Below, one piece after another: positions 4,736 to 12,308 of a DNA stretch of 13,145 nt. A program made the position numbers and the translations under genes. The stretch covers positions 1 to 13,145 of IMG/VR virus record IMGVR_UViG_3300005460_000112, one strand, 5' to 3'. Each line of letters starts with the position of its first letter. Within the stretch, counting starts at the first letter, position 1. Source of the stretch: a virus. The notes under the pieces are model-generated. The model was not told the origin of the DNA and did not search any database. It saw only the letters and a list, made by a program, of their open reading frames with translations.

Positions 4736-6025
4736 TTGTCTCTCGGCAAGCTGACCCTGGGAGGGAAAAGCGTCGCGCTGGTCGCCCCTAACGGTTCCGG
4801 AAAGACAAGCAACTGCATCGCTCCCGCCATCCTGTACTTTCTCACCTGTTTTCCGCGGGGACAGGTCCCCGTTACGTCCTCATCGTGGATGCAGGTGGAA
4901 AAGCAGCTCTTTCCCGCGCTCCGCCGCTACATGGACACTCCTTTCTTTTCCGGCTGGACCTTCAACAAGACGGAGATCCGCACGCCGGAGGGAGGCTTTG
5001 CCGTGGGTTTCTCCACCGACAACGCGGGACGTGCGGAAGGATGGCATCCAAAAATCTCGCCCGGCGTGGACCCGGTCTTTTACGTCCTGGACGAAGCCAA
5101 AACCATTCCGGACTCCATCTTCACCGCCGTTTCCCGCTGCACGCTCTTTCACGCGTTCATCACCTCGTCGCCTGGTGCCGATTCCGGCACCTTCTACGAT
5201 TGCTTTCACAAAAATTCATCCCTTTACTACAAAATCCGCGTCAAATACGGTGATTGTCCACACATCGAAATCAACGATCCAGGCAAGGCCGAACGCCTGA
5301 AAAAAGAATACGGAGAGCAATCCTCCTTTTATCGGTCCGCCATCCTCGGCGAATTTACTGACCTTGATGGACAATCCGTCATTTCCCGGCGCTCTCTCAT
5401 GGAGCTGGTCAACAACCCGCCTCCCTTCCTGGACACCGGAGAGACCTGCGGCGGCTTTGACTTTGCCGCGGGGGGCGATGAAAACGTCTTTGCGGCGGGA
5501 CAGGGCAATCGTTTTTTCATCGCCGACCACTGGGCCGACCCGGACACCGTAGGAGCGCGCGGACGTTTCCGCCGGAAGGCCGCCGAGCTCGGCATCTCCG
5601 CCGACCGCATCTTTGCCGACGGCGACGGCCTGGGTCTCCCCATCATTGACGACTTCCGCGCCGAGGGTTTTCCGGTGCACTCCTACCGCGGAGGATTTCC
5701 GGCGGATGACACACAAGCCTTTGTCAACCTCCGCGCCCAGGCATGGCGGGCCCTGGCCCGCGCCATCGAAGAAAAAGAACTCATCCTCGACATTGACGAG
5801 GACACGATTGAACAACTGGTCGCGCCGCGGCTCCAGACGGATGCAATAGGCCGCGTCCGCATCGAAAGCAAAGAAGATATGGCAAAGCGGGGCGTTCGTT
5901 CCCCCGACCGGGCCGACGCCCTTGTCATGGCCTGGCACGCGCGCCGGAACAGCGGACTGGCGCGGACGCTGGGAGCCTGGTACGCCCGGCCCGTGTCATC
6001 AAAACGCGCTTACGGGAGATATTAG
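4736..6025 (+). CDS. terL: Terminase large subunit (the true N-terminus probably lies upstream of the track start)
   Basis: Walker A motif VAPNGSGKTS. Also LDEAK, SSPG, ..SFYRSAILGEFTD, the nuclease-domain motifs GGFDFAAGGDENVF and KRGVRSPDRADALVMAW. The track start at 4736 is a TTG. The conserved ..FFLRHILRLDPYPWQVEAIKAL segment is encoded in frame at 4673-4735 with no ATG, GTG or TTG available (see findings). Confidence 0.9.
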   Translation: MSLGKLTLGGKSVALVAPNGSGKTSNCIAPAILYFLTCFPRGQVPVTSSSWMQVEKQLFPALRRYMDTPFFSGWTFNKTEIRTPEGGFAVGFSTDNAGRAEGWHPKISPGVDPVFYVLDEAKTIPDSIFTAVSRCTLFHAFITSSPGADSGTFYDCFHKNSSLYYKIRVKYGDCPHIEINDPGKAERLKKEYGEQSSFYRSAILGEFTDLDGQSVISRRSLMELVNNPPPFLDTGETCGGFDFAAGGDENVFAAGQGNRFFIADHWADPDTVGARGRFRRKAAELGISADRIFADGDGLGLPIIDDFRAEGFPVHSYRGGFPADDTQAFVNLRAQAWRALARAIEEKELILDIDEDTIEQLVAPRLQTDAIGRVRIESKEDMAKRGVRSPDRADALVMAWHARRNSGLARTLGAWYARPVSSKRAYGRY

Positions 6026-6027
6026 GG

Positions 6028-6056
6028 TTGACAACATATCAAGATATCAATATATG
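6028..6056 (+). promoter_or_regulatory. Putative sigma70-type promoter in the terL-portal gap
   Basis: TTGACA (6028-6033), a 17-nt spacer and TATATG (6051-6056), 22 nt before GTG 6079. It lies in an AT-rich island that contains ATATCAA twice (6036-6042 and 6044-6050). Confidence 0.35.
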
Positions 6057-6078
6057 ACGATATGTAAGCAATCGCAGG

Positions 6079-7524
6079 GTGGTGAAACGGTATCACGCGG
6101 GGTTCCTGTCCCCGAATCGAAGGTCCAACTCCTTCCCCTGCAACCACCTTTTCTTTAGCCTCAGGTTTAACGCCGTCAAAAATATCCTCAACGCCCCGAA
6201 GCTGGTAGCCCAACAGGAGACCAGAATCAAGGAGCTTGAAACGGAACTCACCCGGCGAGCGTTGACGGAACAGAGCCGGAAGCCTAACCAGCCCCAATGG
6301 TACGAATACTGGGATCCGTTACAGGGAGCCGACCTTCAAACGCTTATTGACGCCCGGAACGAAGCGCGGCGTGGAGCCTTTGCCCGCCAAATGCTCATTT
6401 GGGACGAGGTCATCTACTCGGACGGGCTGCTGGGCATGCTCTACTCCCGGCTCATTGAAAGCGTCTCCATGCAGGGATGGAAGATTGACGCCGCGGACGA
6501 CAGCCCGGAAGCCCAGCGTCAGCAGAACGCGCTGGAAGAATTCTATCACTCCGTCACCGGACTTCAACAGGCCTTTGGGCAGTTGGCCTCCGCTATGTTC
6601 TACGGTTACGCCCACCTCCAATACATTGAGGACGCCTGGGGACGCCGCTTTGAATTCATCCCCCAACGCTATTGGGTCCGCCCCGGCGCGCTGAATGAAT
6701 GGCAGTTCAACCCCCAGTGCTACATTGGGGTCGACACAGGGGAAAGCGTGGAAGAAGAAACGCTCGTCGTGATGGAGCACTGGAACCCCATTCTTTTCCC
6801 GGCAACCCGCGCCTCCTTTGAGCGCAACCACGCGAAAATCACATGGGACAATCATATGGACCGCTACGGAAGCGCCCCGGTCATCATCACGGCGCCCAAG
6901 GACGCGAGCGCCGCCGTCATGGACGCGCTGGAACGGGCCTGTGAGGAACTCAAATCGGGAGCCTCCATTGTGCTTCCTCCCGGTTGCACCGCCGAACCGT
7001 TGAAAGCCTCCAACATCAACGAAAACTATTTCCTATCCCGAATCAACATGTCCGACAAGGACCAGGTGCGGTTTGTAATGGCCGGCACTCTGACCGTCCT
7101 GAATGAATCGGGTTCCGGCACGCTGGCCGGGGGAGCGCACACGGACAGCTGGAATTCGGTCGTCTCCGCGGTCTGCTCCAAAGTAGCCGAAGCTTTTAAC
7201 ACCGCCATCAGCCCGCTTGTCCTGGGAGACGGCGAACCGCTGGCCCGCCTCCACATCACCTTTGACACCGTCCAGACGCCGTTGCAGAAGGCCGAGGAAA
7301 TCGCCGCGCTTGCGGACGGAGGCGTCCGCCCCGAGAAAACCGAAATCGAAGAAAAGATCGGCATGTCCATCGATGACACGCAGGAACCCGTTCCGGTGAC
7401 GGCGTCCAACAGGGAACCGGAAAAAGCGCTCATTCCGCCCGACGCCTACGAGCAGCTTCAGCAAATGATTTACGCCGGCCTCATGAAAGGATTTACCGAT
7501 GATCAGTACGAAACAAATCAATGA
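6079..7524 (+). CDS. Portal protein, Mu gp29-like (DUF935)
   Basis: It is 481 aa and sits immediately after terL. ..ARNEARRGAFARQMLIWDEVIYSDGLLGMLYSRLIESVSMQGWKI..DDSPEAQRQQNALEEFY.. fits my memory of the DUF935 N-terminal region (..G....l..l.e.i..D.hl.s.l..R...v....w.i). The only canonical starts before the conserved region are GTG 6079 and GTG 6082. Confidence 0.8.
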   Translation: MVKRYHAGFLSPNRRSNSFPCNHLFFSLRFNAVKNILNAPKLVAQQETRIKELETELTRRALTEQSRKPNQPQWYEYWDPLQGADLQTLIDARNEARRGAFARQMLIWDEVIYSDGLLGMLYSRLIESVSMQGWKIDAADDSPEAQRQQNALEEFYHSVTGLQQAFGQLASAMFYGYAHLQYIEDAWGRRFEFIPQRYWVRPGALNEWQFNPQCYIGVDTGESVEEETLVVMEHWNPILFPATRASFERNHAKITWDNHMDRYGSAPVIITAPKDASAAVMDALERACEELKSGASIVLPPGCTAEPLKASNINENYFLSRINMSDKDQVRFVMAGTLTVLNESGSGTLAGGAHTDSWNSVVSAVCSKVAEAFNTAISPLVLGDGEPLARLHITFDTVQTPLQKAEEIAALADGGVRPEKTEIEEKIGMSIDDTQEPVPVTASNREPEKALIPPDAYEQLQQMIYAGLMKGFTDDQYETNQ

Positions 7525-8614
7525 CCTGTCCCGACCCGCCAACGGCTGGTTTCATGTCGAGAAGAGCGGAGACCATGACGTCGACTACGGCGAAGGACCC
7601 GCCCTGCTGCGCATCGACGAGCAGGCCGTCCAGGACATGGTGGACGACTTCAACGCCCGCACCTTTGACGGCCCGGGCATGCTTATCGACGGCGACCACC
7701 TGAGCCACGACCTTTCCCGCGATACGCGCGCGCTCGGATGGCTCAAGAGGCTGGACACCTACCGCGACCCTTCCGGCACGCTGGAACTCTACGGTTTCAT
7801 CGAATGGACGCCGCGCGGCCTGCAAATGCTTCAGGACAAGGAATACACGCAATCATCCACCGAATATGGCGAAGGGATGACCTTGTCGGACGGGGTCTAC
7901 CGTCCTTCGCGCCTGACCGGCTTTGCCCTGACCAACCGTCCACGCATCAAGGGAAAGCGGCCTCTGGTCAACCGACAGACTTCCCCCGCCTCTGTAGAAG
8001 AGGCCGGGGGCGAACCCAAAAGCCCCGAAGAGGGGGAAACAACCCAGAACACCAATATGGACAACGACGATAGAGAATATCCGTCCAAGGAAATGGACAA
8101 GGCCCAGCGGGCCCTGTTTGATTCCCTGCTTGACAAGCTGGATGTCGAATTTGACGGCACCGACGACATGAGCAGGGCGATCCTCGGACGCCTTGATGAA
8201 CTGCTCTCGCTGGACAAGCGCGAGAAAGACCACGTGAACGCCGAAGTGGACGACGCCGTCAGCACGTACGAAAACGCGCTGGACGAGAAAGAACGCGAGG
8301 AATTCACGGAAGAACGCCGGGAAGAGCTGAAAAACTCGCTCCGGGAAAGCCCCGCCGCGCTGAACGCTTTTATCCGTGCGCTCAACCGCCAGGCGCCCGC
8401 ACCGAAACAGGAGCAGCCGGAGCAGAAGAAGCTTCCGCAAAGGACGCCTATGAACCGCCGCGTGACTCTGAATCCCCCTGATCCGTTCCGCAAGAAGGAA
8501 TCCATTGACGGATTCAACAACCGTGTGAACGAACTCATGAAGGGAGGAATGAACCGCTATGACGCCTGCCAGAAAGCGACCGACGAAGGCTTCATTGTTG
8601 TCAACGAAAGATAA
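7499..8614 (+). CDS. Mu gpI-like head maturation protease fused to a coiled-coil scaffold domain
   Basis: NGWFHV...LLRIDEQAVQDMVDDFNAR...MLIDGDHLSHD...RALGWLKRLD...LELYGFIEWTPRGLQMLQDKEYTQSSTEY...RLTGFALTNRPRIKG matches the Mu-like prophage I protein family. The C-terminal ~190 aa is an acidic, heptad-like, scaffold-type sequence. It overlaps the portal 3' end by 26 nt. Confidence 0.85.
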   Translation: MISTKQINDLSRPANGWFHVEKSGDHDVDYGEGPALLRIDEQAVQDMVDDFNARTFDGPGMLIDGDHLSHDLSRDTRALGWLKRLDTYRDPSGTLELYGFIEWTPRGLQMLQDKEYTQSSTEYGEGMTLSDGVYRPSRLTGFALTNRPRIKGKRPLVNRQTSPASVEEAGGEPKSPEEGETTQNTNMDNDDREYPSKEMDKAQRALFDSLLDKLDVEFDGTDDMSRAILGRLDELLSLDKREKDHVNAEVDDAVSTYENALDEKEREEFTEERREELKNSLRESPAALNAFIRALNRQAPAPKQEQPEQKKLPQRTPMNRRVTLNPPDPFRKKESIDGFNNRVNELMKGGMNRYDACQKATDEGFIVVNER

Positions 8615-8634
8615 CCACTAACCGCTAAAAACCA

Positions 8635-9066
8635 ATGCCATCAATCAACATCACCCAAACAGACGCCGAAGTCTACTTCAACGCGCCGGAAGGCGTTGAC
8701 CTGTCCGCCCTGGAAGGATGCGTCGTCGCGCTGACCGGAAACCCGGATATTCCCGAGCTGATCGGAACCCCGCTGACGGCTCTTCCCACCCAGGACCAGC
8801 TGCTAGGGCTCGTCACTCAAATTCAGCCCGACCGTGGCACCTGCTGCGCCGTGCTGGTCGGCATGTTCGCTGGTCTGGCCAAAGCGTCTCTTGCCGAGAC
8901 TCCCGGAACGATCAGCGTAGGAACGCCGGTGACCATCACCGCCAACGGGACCTGGAAAGCCGCCGCTAGCGGAGAAACCGTCTATGGACGAGCCATCCAT
9001 AACCGTTGGGAGCCGGGGAAAATAGAAATCGGGTTTGTCGCTCAATACCAGGTTGCAGCAGCCTGA
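8635..9066 (+). CDS. Head decoration / DUF2190-like protein
   Basis: It is 143 aa and lies between the protease-scaffold and the capsid gene. ..LEGCVVALTG...LLGLVTQI..GTCCAVLVGMFAGLAKA...ISVGTPVTITANGTWKAA.SGETVYGRAI... fits the G..V.l...G ... G.A....G...V.v.G pattern of DUF2190 proteins. Confidence 0.55.
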   Translation: MPSINITQTDAEVYFNAPEGVDLSALEGCVVALTGNPDIPELIGTPLTALPTQDQLLGLVTQIQPDRGTCCAVLVGMFAGLAKASLAETPGTISVGTPVTITANGTWKAAASGETVYGRAIHNRWEPGKIEIGFVAQYQVAAA

Positions 9067-9081
9067 AATCACCTCTAACCA

Positions 9082-9110
9082 TTAGAAAGACCAACCACAA
9101 GGGCTAATCT
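9082..9110 (+). promoter_or_regulatory. Putative promoter upstream of the major capsid gene
   Basis: TTAGAA (9082-9087), a 17-nt spacer and TAATCT (9105-9110). The GCTAATCTA string is shared with the terS promoter region (4053-4061). Confidence 0.3.
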
Positions 9111-9186
9111 ATTTTATTCAGCTTATCAGTTCACGGACGTCCTGACCTCTTTCTCCGTTGGCGCGGGGAATACGGAACGGGATTCC

Positions 9187-10023
9187 ATGATCAACCGCAT
9201 CGCTCCGCTTGTTCCGGTTTACGATATTTCCTTCCAGTATATGGTTTGGGATACGCCGGCCGCGTTTACGGTGGAGCCCATCCAGGTCGCGCCGGGCGAA
9301 CCGCCCCGCCAGACTTCCATGCTCGGAAGAAACGAAACCGACACGCTTCAGGGGTACGCGCTGACGGATCCGATTCCCGATATTCTGCTGGGGGTCAACA
9401 AGGAGAAGGCGCAGGCGATTCTGCTGGCCCATGCCCGGTTCCTGGAATCGAAATTCGTCACGTCGTACGAATACCAACGCGCCAAGCTCATCGAAAGCCA
9501 GGTTCCGGCAGCGTCCGGTTATGGCGATTGGGACAATCCGCAGAAAAACCCGCTGACGGATTTGGACAACGGGATCCGCGCCATCAATGCCACTGCCGGG
9601 AAAATGCCGACTACTATTGTTTTCGGCGCCAATGCCTGGGCCCGTTTCCGGGCGAACCCGCTGGCAAGACAGGTAGTGTCGTATAACAGCGTCGGCCTGT
9701 TCGACGAAGATTTGCTGAACAGAGCGTTGTATACGCGGATGAAGGAAATCTTCGTCAACAATATGCCTTTCTACGACCCCACCGGTCAAGGGAAGACGAT
9801 GATGGAAGACGACGTCTACATCCTCTACAAGGAAGATTCCCCGACGCAGTTTGATGCCTCGGCTATCAAGACCTTTGCGCTTAATGGACAATTCCGGCGG
9901 GAAGTAACGACGGAATACTTCCCGACCAACAAGGAGACAAAGGTGACCAACCGGGTCTACTCGCTGACCAAGCTGACCAACCCCGGAGCCATCATCCGCA
10001 TCAACACGGCCTCCTCCGATTAA
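9187..10023 (+). CDS. Major capsid protein (N-terminus uncertain)
   Basis: Position after protease-scaffold and decoration genes. It has a long leader typical of a highly expressed late gene. Sequence features recall HK97-fold capsid families: ..IAPLVPV.. near the N-terminus, ..YEYQRAKLI.., ..WDNPQKNPLTDLDNGIRAINATAGKMPTTIVFGANAWARFRANP.. . At 278 aa it is short, and the frame stays open 36 codons upstream without a canonical start. Confidence 0.75.
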   Translation: MINRIAPLVPVYDISFQYMVWDTPAAFTVEPIQVAPGEPPRQTSMLGRNETDTLQGYALTDPIPDILLGVNKEKAQAILLAHARFLESKFVTSYEYQRAKLIESQVPAASGYGDWDNPQKNPLTDLDNGIRAINATAGKMPTTIVFGANAWARFRANPLARQVVSYNSVGLFDEDLLNRALYTRMKEIFVNNMPFYDPTGQGKTMMEDDVYILYKEDSPTQFDASAIKTFALNGQFRREVTTEYFPTNKETKVTNRVYSLTKLTNPGAIIRINTASSD

Positions 10024-10042
10024 CCCCAACCCCGCCTCCATC

Positions 10043-10519
10043 ATGTCCGCCTTTCCTGCCTGGTCCACGATTTCCACCGACGAAGCCGATCGGCTGCTTG
10101 GCCTCAACACCGCCGAACGCGACGCCCTGGTGACCGCCGGGGAGCAGCGCAGCCTGGACTATCGGGACGTCATGATGGAGGCGGTCAACGATGTCTGCAT
10201 GACCATCCGCGGGGCGCTGGCCAACAACCTCGCCCTGCGGCAATCCCTACAAAACAGCGGCATATACGACATTCCGCAAAGCATGCGGTCCCTGGCATGG
10301 CCGCTGATCATCCGGCAGCTCTACCTGCGCTACCAGATCAACCTGACCGAGACGCGCCAGAAGGCCGCCGAATCGGCGGACGCGATGCTGGCGCTCTACG
10401 CCAAAGGGGACATGCTGCCCGAAAGCGTGGACGGCTCCGCGCCCGCGGATCCCGCCTACATGATGCCGCGCTACACGCGCCGCCCCTGGTTCAACCCCAT
10501 GCGAAGCACCTACAGATGA
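10043..10519 (+). CDS. Head-tail connector / Mu gp36-like (DUF1320-like) protein
   Basis: It is 158 aa and lies directly after the capsid gene. ..EADRLLGLNTAERDAL...MMEAVNDVCMTIRGAL...IPQSMRSLAWPLIIRQLYLRY...TRQKAAESADAMLALYAKGDM fits the DUF1320 / gp6-like adaptor pattern. Confidence 0.55.
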   Translation: MSAFPAWSTISTDEADRLLGLNTAERDALVTAGEQRSLDYRDVMMEAVNDVCMTIRGALANNLALRQSLQNSGIYDIPQSMRSLAWPLIIRQLYLRYQINLTETRQKAAESADAMLALYAKGDMLPESVDGSAPADPAYMMPRYTRRPWFNPMRSTYR

Positions 10520-11652
10520 TGACCGCCGCCCAAATGGAAATGATTGCCAACGACTACGCCGAGCGCGCCTTCTTCGTGTCCGGGGTGGAACCCGGCGTCA
10601 TCCTGTCCGATTTTGAGGACAAGGCGTCACAGGCGGCCTCGGGAGCCTTGAGCTACGAGGAAGCGCAGCGGGCCATCCGCGAAACCCTGCGCCAGCAGGG
10701 CTACCGTCCCCCGGCGACGGGGCAGGGAGGCATTCAGGATTTATCCTCCTGGGTCCGCATCCAGGTCGTCATGGAAACCAACGCGGCCATGGCCCACGGC
10801 TACCGAAACTGGTACGACTGGACGATGGACGACGACACGGCCGCCTTCAAATTTTACCGCTCCCAGGGGCGGGAAGACCCGCGCTACTGGGCCGAACGCT
10901 GGAACCGTGCCCGGGCCGGGCTGGAAGAAGAAGCCACGGAAGCGGTATCATCCGGCTTCATCCGCGGCGAGATCGTCGGCTATGCGCTGGCGGCCTCCGA
11001 TATCTGGATCCGCCTTTCGCGGTTCGGCACGCCTTACCCGCCCTTTGACTACCTGTCGGGCATGAACATTGCCCCCGTGGGCGCCGAAGAAGCCCGCGCG
11101 GCGGGGCTGGACGTGTCGCGCGTCCGTCCCGCTCCCGCCAGCTTCAACGCCACGCTGGAAAGCAACGCCAAAGGCGTGACGGAATCCAACAGGAACAAGA
11201 TCCGCCGCATCCTGAAAGACGCCGTGCGCGTCAAGACCGGGAACGACGGCAATACTACCTTTGCCTACACGGACCCGAACGGGACGCGCCCTTACACGGA
11301 CGCGGAACTGGCGGACGTCCTGTCCGGGGATTTCCCGGAAGAGATCCCCTTGCGGCAGGCCCAGGCCTTCCGCCTGGCGGCAGCCGGGGGCGCCGTGGCC
11401 GGAACGCTGGCGGCCCTCTACCTGGACCGACTGCTGGACCGCCTGTTCTCCGAGCCGGAAGGCGTCTGGTACGCCCGGCCCGCAGACGTGGCCGCCGCGT
11501 CCTCCCGCCAGTATATCCCCGTTTCCCAAAAAGAAGAGGGGGAATTTACCTGGCGCCTTAATTCCGGGCACGTCAAGAAAGTGGAAGACGTTGCCGGAGC
11601 CCTCCGCGTGGAACTGCCCACCCCTTACGTTTTACCCTCCAAATGGCTGTAA
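10516..11652 (+). CDS. Mu F-like (SPP1 gp7 family) head morphogenesis protein with an unassigned C-terminal half
   Basis: ATG 10516 overlaps the upstream TGA (ATGA coupling). The track start at 10297 adds an Arg/Ala-rich segment that overlaps the gp36-like gene. ..YAERAFFVSGVEPGVILSDFEDKASQAASGALSYEEAQRAIRETLRQQGY...RIQVVMETNAAMAHGYRNWYDW...FGTPYPPFDYLSGM matches the Mu F pattern (fF.vaGv...l..d....l..a...G.s..ef....L...G ... TN...Ay..G ... PP). The remaining ~190 aa belong to no family I recognise. Confidence 0.7.
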   Translation: MMTAAQMEMIANDYAERAFFVSGVEPGVILSDFEDKASQAASGALSYEEAQRAIRETLRQQGYRPPATGQGGIQDLSSWVRIQVVMETNAAMAHGYRNWYDWTMDDDTAAFKFYRSQGREDPRYWAERWNRARAGLEEEATEAVSSGFIRGEIVGYALAASDIWIRLSRFGTPYPPFDYLSGMNIAPVGAEEARAAGLDVSRVRPAPASFNATLESNAKGVTESNRNKIRRILKDAVRVKTGNDGNTTFAYTDPNGTRPYTDAELADVLSGDFPEEIPLRQAQAFRLAAAGGAVAGTLAALYLDRLLDRLFSEPEGVWYARPADVAAASSRQYIPVSQKEEGEFTWRLNSGHVKKVEDVAGALRVELPTPYVLPSKWL

Positions 11653-12308
11653 CCGTCCACATCGACCAGACCGAGATTGACCGGGCGTTTGCCGACATGG
11701 AACCGTCCGCGGCCCGGCACAAAACCGCCATCCGCAAGTCCGGCGTCGCCTTGAGCCTGCTCATCCAGGAAACCCTGAGACAGCAGGGCAAGGACTACTA
11801 CGACGGCGCGGCGGACGCCACGACCATGGAAGAAACCGCCGAGGGCGTCAGCGTCTCCATCGCCTGGCGCGGCATCGGTCTTCACTGGATCGGCACGCAG
11901 GGTTATCTGGGCGGGCCGCTTCGCCCCACCGGGCGCACCTCGGAAATCACCGGGAAGCCGATTCAGAACCTGGCTATCCCCACCATCAACGCCCCCCGCG
12001 GCCATGGCGGGGCCCGCAGCATTTACAGCGCCGGCTTCCGCAAAGAGGACTTGCAATTCATCCCCTCCAAGAACGGAGGACGCAACGGCAATGTGACCGG
12101 CGTCCTCATCCTCAAGACGGCGCAATCATCCACCGGCAAGAAAGCGGCCCGCAAGCTGTTCCGGCAGGGAGCCAGAACGGGCGACGTGCTCTACGTGCTA
12201 TGCCGCGAAGTCACGATCCCGCCCACGCCGGGAATTCTCCCGACGATGGACCGGATGGCGCAGCGCGCCGCGGAAACCTACCTCGCCAACATCGGAAACG
12301 AACCATGA
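11643..12308 (+). CDS. Virion morphogenesis protein, Mu G-like (tentative)
   Basis: It is 221 aa and overlaps the Mu F-like 3' end by 10 nt. In Mu, gene G follows F. ..VSVSIAWRGIGLHWIGTQGYLGGPLRPTGR...IQNLAIPT.. loosely resembles the ..hqfGg...i.p....L.iP segment of the virion-morphogenesis / tail-completion family. Confidence 0.5.
   Translation: MAVTVHIDQTEIDRAFADMEPSAARHKTAIRKSGVALSLLIQETLRQQGKDYYDGAADATTMEETAEGVSVSIAWRGIGLHWIGTQGYLGGPLRPTGRTSEITGKPIQNLAIPTINAPRGHGGARSIYSAGFRKEDLQFIPSKNGGRNGNVTGVLILKTAQSSTGKKAARKLFRQGARTGDVLYVLCREVTIPPTPGILPTMDRMAQRAAETYLANIGNEP

Noticed and set aside
5216-5938. 240-aa minus-strand ORF inside terL, plus smaller ORFs at 4880..5209, 5329..5646 and 5683..5928
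   Set aside because: These are antisense or off-frame shadows of terL, whose Walker A and nuclease motifs fix the true frame.
7853-8538. 195-aa and 213-aa minus-strand ORFs opposite the scaffold domain
   Set aside because: They are low-complexity Ser/Arg/Leu/Phe-rich translations. Such ORFs arise as antisense of an acidic, GAA/GAC-rich coiled-coil coding region.
9118-10110. 330-aa minus-strand ORF covering the whole capsid gene
   Set aside because: It is a shadow ORF antisense to a recognisable capsid gene in GC-rich DNA. The product is Arg/Gly/Pro/Val-rich and resembles no family. The sense strand fits the operon with proper gene spacing.
10297-10515. 5' extension of the Mu F-like ORF (track start 10297), and similarly 12200-12304, 3695-3811, 2945-3028, 665-703 and 130-174
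   Set aside because: These extensions overlap the preceding gene or a conserved intergenic element. They encode Arg/Ala/Pro-rich or otherwise atypical sequence. Each has a better downstream ATG placed at or next to the upstream stop, as ATGA overlaps or gaps of 2-17 nt.
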